Below the pieces are notes generated by a model. It was not told the origin of the DNA and made no database searches. It was given only the letters and a program-made list of their open reading frames with translations. From Blasia pusilla (lineage: Eukaryota): a stretch of DNA of 64,000 nucleotides. The DNA is taken from contig CM114271.1 of NCBI GenBank assembly GCA_050084515.1, positions 37,386,001 to 37,450,000 of the forward strand, written 5' to 3'. Position numbers and translations under genes: made by a program. This document shows positions 25,731 through 37,635 of this stretch, piece after piece. How positions within the stretch are numbered: the first letter of the stretch is position 1; each line of letters opens with the position of its first letter.

Positions 25731-26003
25731 TTTGTAGGGGGTAGTGATGGTTGATCACATGAGCATACGGCGACCGCGTTGGGAGCATTCACAGGTGATG
25801 TTAGAGGATCAGGAGGGTACAGGGTGAGGAGCACACATGCAGAGGACATTCCCGTAGCGGATAATCCCACAGAGAGACATGATAGGGTGGGTGTCTCTTC
25901 CCATGATGCGGAGCTTCGTTATTATTTTTTGGGATAAGCGTTGAGATGCGTGGAGTGCAGACGAGCTCGTGAGGCATGCGTGGAGCCGTGTCTATGTTTG
26001 AAG

Positions 26004-26115
26004 GAGGGTACGAGAGTGTTAGATCTCTTTGGAGGGATTAACATGGCGGGTTGCTGTAGTGTGGCAGTGTTGTAGGGATAATGGCACCGATGGTGCTAGA
26101 TATATATATGATAGT
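26004..26115 (+). pseudogene. N-terminal remnant of C5-DNA methyltransferase (motifs I-II), copy 1
   Basis: EGTRVLDLFGGINM followed, after a frameshift, by VAVVWQ...RYIYD. This is the SAM-binding motif I (VLDLFxGxG) and aligns with copy 3 VRVLDLLKGINIG...QYLHVEQD. Confidence 0.7.
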
Positions 26116-26186
26116 AGATCATGTTGGGTATATAGGTGCTTACTATCTAGAGTTAGGGGGACCCAACTACCAACTAGGGGGGCGGT

Positions 26187-26938
26187 TGTGGGATCTCGAT
26201 GTATATGCGGTGAGTGTATTTTGTTTATGTGTGGATCTACCCGTATGTTGGGAAAGATTGGTGTTGTGTGGTGTGTAGATGTGAACAACGATGTAGGTTT
26301 TGTAGCAATGTGTATGCGCACGACAACTGTCACATCTTATTTTGACATAGATAGAGTTCTATCGCATCGACGACATAGAGAGTGGCTGTTTGGGTGTAAC
26401 TTCGTTATGAGATGTCGGATGAGGTTGACGATAGGTCTGTTATGTCGAGAACGTCATTTATGGTGATTTTTCCTATTTTGGTTTTAGTGCGTCAGGTGAT
26501 CCATTGATCAAGTCAACGGTCATCCGATAACTTGTGCACGTAGGTTACCCTTGGTAGGGCTGTTTTTGGGGGAAGAGCCTTTTGGCTCTTTCTAAGGGTA
26601 TAAGAGTGAGGAAGATGGCTTTCCCAAGCCATCTTTCTCATATTGAGCCTTAGGAGCGCCTCTCTTGCGTAGACGTGTGTGGGTGTGTAGGAGTTAGGAT
26701 GCTAGCATTAGCGGAGGGTGGATCTGGTTCGATATGCCGATGTAGATTCATGAGTGGAGTTTCAGGTCGGGTGAGCCGTTTTTACTACTCATATTTTAGT
26801 CGTGGGATCTTGGTGTATATGCATGAGTATATTTCGTTTATGTGTGGATCTATCCGTATGTTGGGAAAGATCGATGTTGTGTGGTGTGTAGATGTGACCA
26901 ACGATATGGATTGTGTACCGATGTGTATGCGCATGACA
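26187..26938 (+). repeat. 3' split direct repeats B1 (26187-26325), AC spacer, A2 (26328-26798), B2 (26801-26938)
   Basis: B1 and B2 are direct repeats of about 139 bp ((t/c)gtgggatct...gtgtggatcta.ccgtatgttgggaaagat...atgtgtatgcgca(c/t)gaca). The sequence between them matches A1. Confidence 0.9.
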
Positions 26939-26942
26939 CATT

Positions 26943-28700
26943 GAAAGAAAATCTTAATTAGAGATTTAAATTGTAAGAAGTTTGTAGTTATAACTTCATG
27001 CAACTCAATTTCACTACTTTGAAGAAGTAGTGGATTAATCATAGCAAATATTTTCTTCATATTAGGATCCATTCTATTTTCCATGCTAATGGTATAGTGT
27101 TGAGAGATTTTCTTTGAGTAAAGGCGGACCTTCTAGCTACAACAATCGTTGATACAAAATGAATTCTCTAACAAGTTTTCATATTCAATATAGAATCACT
27201 ACATACACTCTCCATTCTCTTACGATAAGAATCACAAATGGTTGTTCCAAGGCGATCACTTCTTCATAACACTTAATATCAAAATTTCTAACTATGAAGA
27301 CTCTATAAACTACTTTGCATTTGTATACAAGGAAAATGGAAAAAATAGTACTAAATTCCACTCAAGAAGTTTTATTTATTTATTTATATCCATAGGTTCC
27401 TAAATAAGGACATCCAAAGTACAATCCTAAGTCCTTCTCTAAGTGATAATAAGAAGTATCATCGAAGTTGGTGATTACATAACTTGGTTCATGAATGCCT
27501 CTTCGAAGTGATAGACTAGATAATGAGTAAACCAATATTTATCTATGAAAATAGTAAACCCTTGAAAGTCCCTCCTCTCTATATACTCATAAGAGATCCA
27601 TAAGAGTACAAAATAAGGCCAATCTTATCTTATGCCACATGGGTTTCTCTCGAGGCTTAGCCAATCCCCTTTAGACAAAAGTAGATTACCTTCTTATTTT
27701 TTTTTTCTTAAAAAAATCATCAGAAAACCAATCCATATCTTCCCAACTACTCCAACAACCATAACCTTGACTTCTTCATCAACCATGATTATCTTAGTTT
27801 TATTTTCATTAATACATCAATCTACCCACTATTTTATTTTTATATTTCTTATGTCTCATTTATGACATCTTTTCCTAGAGTTAAGCCCACACAAATGAGA
27901 CATTATTAAGAGGTTTAAACATGAAACTTTATTTTCCTGAACTAATAACTAAATATTTATAGAAACTCTCTCTTATACTAGTAAGAGTGAAATGTACACC
28001 TCCGATCAATTTATTACACGACAACGGACTTGAAAATTCCCTAGAAACTACTCATTTTTGTTGTTTAAATCTGATCTTCTACATATCGGGAAATGCTAGA
28101 TGGAGAACCTCTTCTTGAAATCTCATGCGTATTATAAGAAAACTTGGATAATCCTTGAGTCTAAACTGCATCATCATATTAAATTGGTTGAAAGTCATGA
28201 GTCTATTTCTTTTGGGTTTTTTTGGTTATGCAATTGTAAATTATTAAATCAATTTGTCAGGGTAGTAATTGGAGAACATCTGCGTCTATTTCTAGTGGTG
28301 GTTGTTCATAGAATCACCAGATGATGAGACCAAATTTTCCCTCTTAGTTATTCTCTCCTAGAATGGATTTGTAGTCATATTTGGATCCGTGGCATTTGTA
28401 CCAAACATTTTACATTAGACCATCTTTGTTTGTTGCCTTAGAGAGGCGGTTAAACACACATGAGTGACGAGAAATAATTATACAAATCAAGAGTGGTGCA
28501 AGCGTCAAGATTGTGAGAATAAACATTTCAAAGCTCTCAATCTCTTGGAAGAACGAGAGCGCCACACGTTTGATCTTGCTAGAGGTAGAGTTATAGTAGC
28601 ATTGCTTGACTTTGAGGTTGATCGACCATCTCGTCCACATGGCTAAGCAAAATCCTTCTACCTCAATGCATCACATAGGCATGAAGATATTAAAAAAATG
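26943..28700. mobile_element. Highly decayed LTR-retrotransposon debris (copia RT-like on minus strand about 27000-27600; other fragments)
   Basis: AT-rich sequence with faint copia RT-like peptides (..YEEV.. region) and no intact ORF. Confidence 0.35.
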
Positions 28701-29550
28701 TTACTGTTCAATTTGTTTAAACTCCCAATTTTGTTCTCCTCATCTAGGCTATCTATCCACGTTGCTCCACACGAGTTGAACTAATTTCTCCCTCCCCCCT
28801 CTCAAAAGCCGCACACCAGTCATTCTACATATGACCAAATTATATCATGCTAAATCTCTCACATCATCGTCGTATCTTATTGTTGTGCTACCTATCCCCA
28901 ATTATATGATCGCTAAGGGCCTCACTAGATCGGGTGGATATTTGATAATACTTTTACATTAAACTATATAGATTTGTGTGGTATAAAAGGTTGGTGGTGA
29001 CCGAGGCAATCTCGAGAAGTGTAGTCGAAAGTCCTGTTCCACGTCACGGCCTAAGATCTTGCGGAGTCCTGTGGCCAAAAGCAAGCCCCCCACCCAAACC
29101 CGAGTGACAAATGGGGCGGAGGAGGCCGCGTATTCCACGTGCCGTGTGGAAACGAGAACACGGACTCAACTGAACAGAATCGGAAGGAAGGCTTCTTAAC
29201 CATGGGACCCAGGCCCACCCACGCCCCGGTTAGTCCGATGAGTGACGGAGGGCTTCGGCGCCGTCGTAGACACGACGTTGTGGTAAGCTTCTTCTTGTTC
29301 CGGCGACTCGCGCTCGCGGAGGAGGACGGGAGGAGGAGGAGGAGGAGGAGTGGGGCGAACGAAGCTTGGAGTAGATGGATTGCGTGGACGCTGGATTGTA
29401 GAAAAATGGAAGGTTGCTAGGATCGAAGCGGCTATGGAAGGGTGGGCAGGAGGGGAGGATGGTCAGGTCCGATGGGACGCTCGAATTTGCAGTGGAAATC
29501 GCGGTGTGTCGGTGGAGATTTAAGTGATTTAGGGATTCGAGTGCAAGGCG

Positions 29551-32500
29551 ATGGCGATGAGTCTCGCAAGAGCTGTGCCTGCAGTGGTGAGTGGTGGCGG
29601 CCAATGGCAGGACGTGGATCAAGGGAGAGGATGCGGGGAAGGGACGGTTGCATGCAGCTGTAGTGCTTGGGGAGCGAGGGCGTTTCACAAATCTGGTAAT
29701 GGAGAGGTGGCAAAATTAGGGATTCCCAGCACCAATTTCACCTGGACAAGGGGAGTTGTTTATCATGGTTCAGCTTACAGCAAGCGCCGGGCACAACTAC
29801 CGCTCAGGGAAGGGGGATCTCGGGGCCCCGTCTGCTTGACGCGTGGGGTGAATGGTGCCTTCTGGGAAGGTGCGGATAGTGAGAGTACTGCAAATGTCCA
29901 CTTCACTTCCGCAGACGCATTTTATGAGAAGGTATGATTTGTGCGCAAAAGGCAGTGACCTGTGTCAGCGCTCAGCTATGAGATATTGAATGAACGACCC
30001 GTGGAGGGAATCATTGAGGCTGAAAGTCGCTCTGTTCCTTTTGTTTCTTAACTGTCTCGTGGATTTGGTGAATGGCTTGGAAGTTGCGGGTTTGGCAAGA
30101 TTTTGAAAGCTCACGCTGTTGTTGGCTAAGTGTGGAGTTCCGATTTCTATGTGAATTTTCTTCTGGATGGGTTTTCTAGCGCCTCTTTACCTTTACCTTT
30201 ATTTCGTATTATTTGGGGACTGTACTTGGGATTTCTAAGGATTGCACGAGAGAAGGTTGGAATCCATGTAGTGGACTTTTAATCAAGAAGTTTGGAACCC
30301 TCCTTAATGTGGACCGAGGGGTTCCAACTTAGGGGATTGTCAAATGATATTCTTTCGTCGCATGACTAGCTTTGTTGGCGGATTTATGTCTACCTCGGAT
30401 GTGAACGTTATCCTCGGGATTGTTTCGATGTTGGATTAAACTTACTTGGAACATTATTGGGACAAACTAGGGAATCTCCCGAACTATTCTGCTCATCGCT
30501 GACCTTGGTTGAACACTGTGGTTGGCACTACAGTCTGTTAGCTCACGAATCCTCAAAAAGAGGTCTCATCTCACCTGCTTAAAATGGGTTCACGCCCATT
30601 TTGTCTTTCGGACACACACCTTCTAATTGTGTGTTGCCATGTGCTGGACAACCATGGGTTCCAACTTTGGGATGGGAATATCATGCAATGGTAGCAAGTC
30701 TCTCAGTTTAAATTCTCAAAATGCCTACATTTAGGATATACTCCAGGTAAATGCTCATGGTCGCCTCATGCATAGTTTTTCCAGGTGAGTATTATATGAT
30801 ATCTCAAGACATCAAATGCTGGAATTGATTTTCCATCTAAACGTCATCCAGAGTCATAGAGGGAATTCTTGATTCTGGAGTCGTGATATTTGTTGGTCGA
30901 ATGTGGAAGTTGCCAGTCTCTCTATGATTGGGTGATATCCAATTTAGCCACTTGGATGTAAATAATGATGCATCTACCATTCTTCAGAACTGTACACCAC
31001 TAGTTCAACAAAATCACAGGTTCATAGTTCTGTTGGGTTGGTCAAGAGTTTTCCCCAAGTATAATCACCAAGAAACCTCATTGGAACTCAAATCTGAGAG
31101 CAGAGAATGTTTCACTCTATTTCTTTGTCCTTGGTGAAATATGATCAAACTTTTGTAGTCACATAAAATGACTGCTGAACTATGTGGTTTGCAAAACAAA
31201 AGGCCATGTCTGGAAAACTCTAATGTGTAGCAGTGAGGACTGGGTGGCAGTTTCCTTTTATCATATTTTTATCTTGTCTCCAAATCTCTAGTTCTTCATT
31301 ATGCTATAATGAGCTCTTACCCTATTTAAATTGACACCACAGAATTTCTACAATTGAATCCTATATTACAGTTGTCTTCCAGGTGAGAAGTTTAGCTTCA
31401 TGCTGATGTTGGATGCAATATTGTGAACTGAAGGTATATCTTTTCATGAAGATGACTGGTAGATTTTGAGAGTCACTCGAAAGCTTGAATGGTCTTAATA
31501 ATATGCAATTTTTGTCATCAAATTCAAAAAAAATCTGGCCATGATTCTGTATAACTTTCACTTTAAGAACTATTTGTTGGATATCAGTGTGAAACATGCA
31601 CATATCTCAGTGTGAATCATGCGCATATCTCAGCGTGAATCTCGAGCTGAGATCTAGGCTTTACCGCACAATGCTTCCACATGTTTTGGTCTGAATGTTC
31701 TGAACCCTGATCAAGGTTTAATCTCTTCATATGTTTCCACTTGGGTCATGCTCTGTACAGGATACCTCTTCACACTTGGTAGTCCTCATGACATACACTT
31801 ATTGTAGTCAACTGTGGAAATAATGGAATGAACTGATCAATGTTTCTAACCATCTGGTGGAGGTGTGTGTCCCGTAGGATTTTTTTTCCACAACCTCATT
31901 GGATGTTTCTTACATTTCTTATTGGTCTGGTGATTTGCAGAAAGAGCAGTCCGTACTTCTGAGTTTGATCCAAGAAATTGAGCCCTTGGATTTGAGTACA
32001 ATAAGCAAAGATGCATCCTCAGATAGTACTGGAGCAATGAAGAGAACGATATCTGGAATGCTGGGACTCCTTCCATCAGACCAGTTCCAAGTGTCTATTG
32101 AGACTACTCCGGACCATCTTGCACGCTTACTTGTGTCCTCTATGATGACTGGGTAAGTTTGTAATTTATGCCCAATTTAAGAGAAGTTTGTTTCCACATT
32201 TCTTCCTACTGTTTGTATTGAGTTTGCCTCTTCACAAATGTGTACACGGAAGAGTTCACATGTCAGATTTGTACTGCACTCAAGGCAGTTGTCCTGGGGA
32301 TCACCTGGTTAATGAGAAGAGTAGGCTCTATGTAGACAACATTTGAAGCTTTTTGTCAGTTGGAGTCAAACTTTTCGAGACATTATGTTAGCACTTGCTG
32401 CGCTCATATTTTTCTCAGCCACTCTCTACGGAATTGAGAATTATCCAATTATATTAGTTTTTCTATCAAAAACTTTATGCTTGTTCCATGCAAGAAATTG

Positions 32501-34376
32501 TGTAGTGTCATGGATCCCATTTTTCTCAGCCTTATTCTCATTTATCAGTAAAAGTGTTATGTGAATAATGTTCCCTCTTGTGTTGGCAAAGCATGCATGT
32601 TCGTCTTGCGAGTTGTATTTGTTGACAAGCACCAGTTGTTTGCCTTGGGCAATTTAAGTGCCACTGGATGCATTTTGGCAACTTGGAATGAGATTTGGAT
32701 GAGAATTGATCATAGTGTTAGTTGAGTCGATGTATTACAAGATGAGACTCTCTTTCATTGATGTAAGTTCAAGATTAGAGCATAAGAGCACACCTTGCTC
32801 CAGTAGCATGTGAATCAGTCTAATTTGACAGGGTTTTGGATCGCAGGTATACATTACGCAATGCAGAATACCGACTTTGCTTGCAAAGAAGCTTGGATCT
32901 TGCTGATGAAGGTATCAGTGATTCAGATATTTGCAAAAGGCATGGACAAGATGTTGCACATCTTAATGTCCGTGAGCCTAAAGGAACAAGTATACCTCTT
33001 GAACAGATTGAGGTTGTAGATGATCTAGGAGCTATCGAGCAAACCCTCCTCCCAGCTGAACTTGGCCCAGTATCTTCAGAGGTGGCCAACTACATTCAAC
33101 AACTACAGGAAAAGCTTTCAGCTACTTCAAAGGCAAGCTGCTACTATAGCCTCGAGTTTAAGAGGGTTCCTAGGAGAGTGTATTTTGACCATGGGATAAT
33201 AATTGTATCAGTGTCCAGTATCAATATCTAGTCATTAGCTCACATTGGTAAAGCATTACTCTGTTCATCAATTCCTATTGGCATAAGAGATGCCAGAGAT
33301 GGCTCATTATTGGTGATACTTGTTTACACAAGTTGTTGAGACTTGAAGCTAGTCTTTGAAGTAATTTTGTGAAGACCCCAGAATGTGGAGAAACTGCCTG
33401 GATCATGACACTTACTGGCCTGTCATTCATCCAGGAACTTGAAGAATGCAAGAACGCAGTTTCATCATTGGAGATTGTGAAGCAGGAGAAGAATGACTTG
33501 CTCGACTATCTGAGGTCCCTGGAACCTGAGAAGGTCTATCTCAGATTCATTCATATTCCTTAGGATCCTTTTACATTATCGTTTCCTGCGCATTCGGGTG
33601 CAGGAAAAAGTTGATCCACTTTCATAGGAGCAAGTTGCTTTTTGGGGTTGAAGTCAATCATTAATCTGGGAGCTTTATTCTGTGAACAGGTAGCAGAACT
33701 CTCACAGCCTTCACCGGAGGTCCACGAAGTAGTTGAGCACATTGTGGCTGGACTACTTGGAACCATGATTCCAAAACCTTCTCAAGTACCACCATTCACA
33801 ACGAGTTCAGTGGCAAGTCCTTGGGAAGAGTGTCGAACCTCAGAAGTTGTCGAGAAAGTCCCACTGCAGTTCCAGTCAACCGTCACATCATCCCGGGATT
33901 ATTTGGCACGACTGCTGTTCTGGTGCGTACTCAGCTCTCTCCTACTAACCAGACCAGGAGATCTAACGTTGACTTGCACGTTGTTTCTAGTTACTGTGAC
34001 CCCGAGGGCTTTGCAGGTTGTCACCTCTGGCTTCCAAGATCGAGTTTTGCGTGGTTCCATCTTTAACTGGTAAGGATTCTCTTTGTTGCCAGAGGGATAC
34101 GGAGGTGGCGGATCCTGCTTCAAATATACTCTTCTTTTGCAAGGGTCATAGATCATCAGGAGATTGGTCCAGACCCTCATCATCTTGACACTTAATGGTG
34201 ATTGTGTGGGGGTCATTTTTAGAAACATCTAATCATGTGAACTGGGCATGGACAGGTGTACGCTGTTGGGTTATCACATGAGAGGGTTGGAGTACCGACT
34301 CGAGCTTAGCCGGACACTTAGCCTTTCTGGAGAAGATGTACTTAATGTAGAAGAGGATACACACGACTGTCAGTGA
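29551..34376 (+). CDS. DUF760 family protein (Arabidopsis At2g14910/At5g14970-like), about 443 aa, likely plastid-targeted; exons 29551-29931, 31941-32152, 32847-33132, 33435-33533, 33690-33922, 34256-34376
   Basis: Conserved blocks LIQEIEPLD, AMKRTISGMLGLLPSDQFQV, LLVSSMMTGYTLRNAEYRLCL, EKNDLLDYLRSLEPEKVAELS and RDYLARLLFWCTLLGYHMRGLEYRLEL. All splice phases are compatible (1332 nt). The start codon of exon 1 is the least certain part. Confidence 0.92.
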
Positions 34377-34799
34377 GCAGCAGACCCATTCTGTGAATAT
34401 CTGTGGGCCTGGCGATGTGGTTGTTATATTACTTCACTTTATCCTTACGGCTAGAATGGTAATGTCCGAATGTGGAAAAATTAGATAAGCTGGATAACTC
34501 GCACGGAATATGGTGTAGCTGACCTCATTTCAGTCTGGTTTGAAGTAAAACATATGATGGTGCCATTGCGGTTACTCTTTACAGTGTCCCACCATGAATG
34601 ATATTGAATCCTCACTGAACAACGTAATGAAACTGTGGACCTCGTTTACGTCCGAGCAGCTTTGTACAGAAACCTGGCAAAGTTGTCATGGAGTACGAGG
34701 GTGGCAGCCTTTATGGACTGTGCAACATTTCGGGGAACTCACTAGATAGAATCTCCCAAGTCGGTGTTGGAAATGACATTATGAATCAATTATATATAT

Positions 34800-37603
34800 A
34801 TGCACGATAGCACTGCGGGCCGACTTCCCGCAGTAGCCGGAGCCGAGTAGAGGCTAGTTCGAGGTTGGAGAGATGGATTAATACGGAATCCGTCCAACCT
34901 GGCTTATCTGCGTTATTGAATAAGAGGGCAGGTTCTATGCCTGGTGTGGGCAGTTTTACTCACCCCTAAAACTTTCTCCACCTCTAGTTCCGCAAGGAGA
35001 TCATTCCCACTTCCCAATTCTATATTGTCATCACAGAGCCAGCAGCCGTCGAGGAGCAATCTTGCCCGTGGTAGTTTTTTTATGAATGGACGAGCATCTA
35101 CCTCTGTGGGAGTGGGCCTTTGACGTAAGGAATCAGTGTCTGGTCTGGTCTAGTCTGGTCTGGTCTCTTCGCGATCGAAAGCAGGGGAAAATGAGGAAAG
35201 TTAACCACCACGACAGAATTACAGATTTCTCCGTACGATCCTTCTGCGAGTGGGGAATGTCGTGTCTGCTCAGCACTAATTGCGCGCTCCTGTCATGATA
35301 TTCGTGGAAATAAATCACTACAGTTTCCGGTCTTTCCTGATCGCTTTGTAGATGTGTGTGCAACTCTCGCTATCTGGTTGTGCAACCGTGAATCCCTCGG
35401 AACCGTAGATGTTTCAACCCGAAATCAGGTCACTTCCAAGTGAGGCGAATTCGTTCGTCGCCCTCGCGAATTACTTGGGACATAAGTCGTTGCGGATTTT
35501 GTTACGCTGCGTGACAGTGGAGTCTAAGAAGCGAGACCACATAATTCATTAAAGGCGACTTTGCACTTTTGCATTAAAAACCGCGATCACAAAGCGCCAT
35601 ATATATTGTGACCAGCACCTGCCAAGGCGAGCACAAAACGTCGCTCGCGCATCTCGAAATCGCAACTACCATGGACGACGCGCATCTGAGCAGTCTCACG
35701 GGGAGGGCATTGTCCTGACACCCTGGATCAAAGTCGTTCGGAACCATGTGCACGCAGGAGTTGCGCTGCCATTTACACTCAAACCATGGGAGTATTGAGA
35801 CGGAACCGTATCAGCCTTAAATGACCGTCTGAGCTTAATGGCGAGTCGAGCCCGTGATATGAACTTGACAAACTGGATACCATGACGAAGGTGGAGAGTC
35901 AAGGTCAACATGGCGACAACTGGAAGTGGATCTGGAATCAGAGATAAAGCGATCCCTCCTTATCGTCTCCGGGAAAAGGAAAGTCAAGGTTAGCAGCGAT
36001 GGCCCAAACCGAACCGAACTGCAAGGATCTGTTCCAGTTATCCTACCACGTCCAATGAACAGCCGAAGCTACTGAGTCCCCACCGAATTCTCTCTCGGGT
36101 CAATGTAAAACAGTGCGTAGCTCGTAGAAGTGGTAGTAATAAAGCTCGACTGTGGATCTGCCTCTTACCCTCTCCATGATCATGCAGTGACATTGCGTCC
36201 GATTGTGTAACTACTCTCTAGCTCGATTCCTTCTGGATCTTTCTCTCTCTCTCTCTCTCTCTCTCGCCCCCTTTCTGACTTTCTTTTTCTTTCTGAAGTT
36301 GGCATTGTAGAGCTACGAGGAGGAGGAGGAGGGAGAGAGTTCACTAGCTGGACACGTAATTGGTGGCGGACCCATCCACAGGTAGAGTGCGCCACAATTG
36401 TTGGCGTGCGAGCCCGGTTTGGCGGCTGATGTGCAACGAGTCGTTGTCTGGTCGATCTGGACCTGGTTCGCTGTTAAGTTCGTTCACTTGGGGTGCATCT
36501 AGCTATGAGGCTAGCTAGATATTAGTCACTGACCGCGACGATGCTTCTGCTGATACGATTGATTCACTGACGTTGCCGACGCCGGAGAGGAAGCGGACTA
36601 GTTTCAGAGTCTTTCCATGCAGTTATCGCGGGAGGGAATTCCAGAAGAAGCCATTTAATAACGCCATTTCTCCAGTGCATTTATCATGCACACATAGATC
36701 TCGCAGGTGTTTTATAACGGGCTGGCCATGGGGATCCATATCCAAAAGTGCACTTGCCAGCGTCGACGGAAACGCATATTATTAAATAAAACAGGGGCTG
36801 GGCCCGGCGCCGTGCCCTGCCTAGGTTTCGCGAATCCTTCGGGGCTCGGACTGGTTGTGTAGATCAGCAAACGTTTCGAGAATCGGAGGGAGGAGAGATG
36901 GGGACAAGGACGGGTCCGGCGTCTGATGGCTTCGCTCAGCTGGCAGGTAAGCAGACAAGACAGCCCGGGCCTGCCGCAAACAAACCGGATACTCGTACGT
37001 AGAGGTCTTGCTCGTCCTCCCATTTCCTACTCGCCATTTGCGGGCTCGTCCTCCGGTTCCACTCGACATTTGTGGGGAGGGACTGAGAGGGATCGTAGTC
37101 TAGTGTCTTAGGGGACATTATTAGGTGGAGCGAAGTGGAAAGCGCACTGCTACGATATGGGATGGGATCTGGTACAGGGCATGGCAGGCAGCAGGAGCAG
37201 AAAGATAAGAAAATGGCATGCGGAGGAGGTACAATTGCCTTTTTCTAGTACGAGAGGGAGTGTTTACTGGACAGGGAAGAAGCGAGCAGTGAGGGAGTTA
37301 GAAGTCGGATGTGAAGCGAAGGAGAGGGAAATGTGAGAGGTGTTGTAAAGGGGGCGAGTTGTTGATCCACGGCAGACATCGATGGGGAAGTGGATGAACG
37401 CAGGCAGGAAGACAGACAGACGACTACGGACGAGGAAGGCGTGAGCATTCACATGGAAAGCGGGATCGTGATCCGTCCGGCCACGCTGTCAGCAAGCACT
37501 GCAGCACTACAGACAGACGAAACTCACAGGGTACGGTAGCGAAATGCAGCACCGGCATCTCTCCCCATCACATCGATCTCAACCGTCTCCTCCGCGAGCG
37601 AGC

Positions 37604-37635
<32 letters not shown>

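Noticed and set aside
26187-26938. B1-A2-B2 as an independent TRIM with 139-bp LTRs
   Set aside because: There is no TSD around B1..B2 and no PBS after B1. Repeat A starts both larger copies without an upstream B, and the CATT after B2 matches the flank of A1.
34812-34857. 8-bp hairpin followed by CTAG as a Helitron 3' end
   Set aside because: The spacing is atypical, no 5' end is evident, and it lies just beyond the DUF760 3' UTR.
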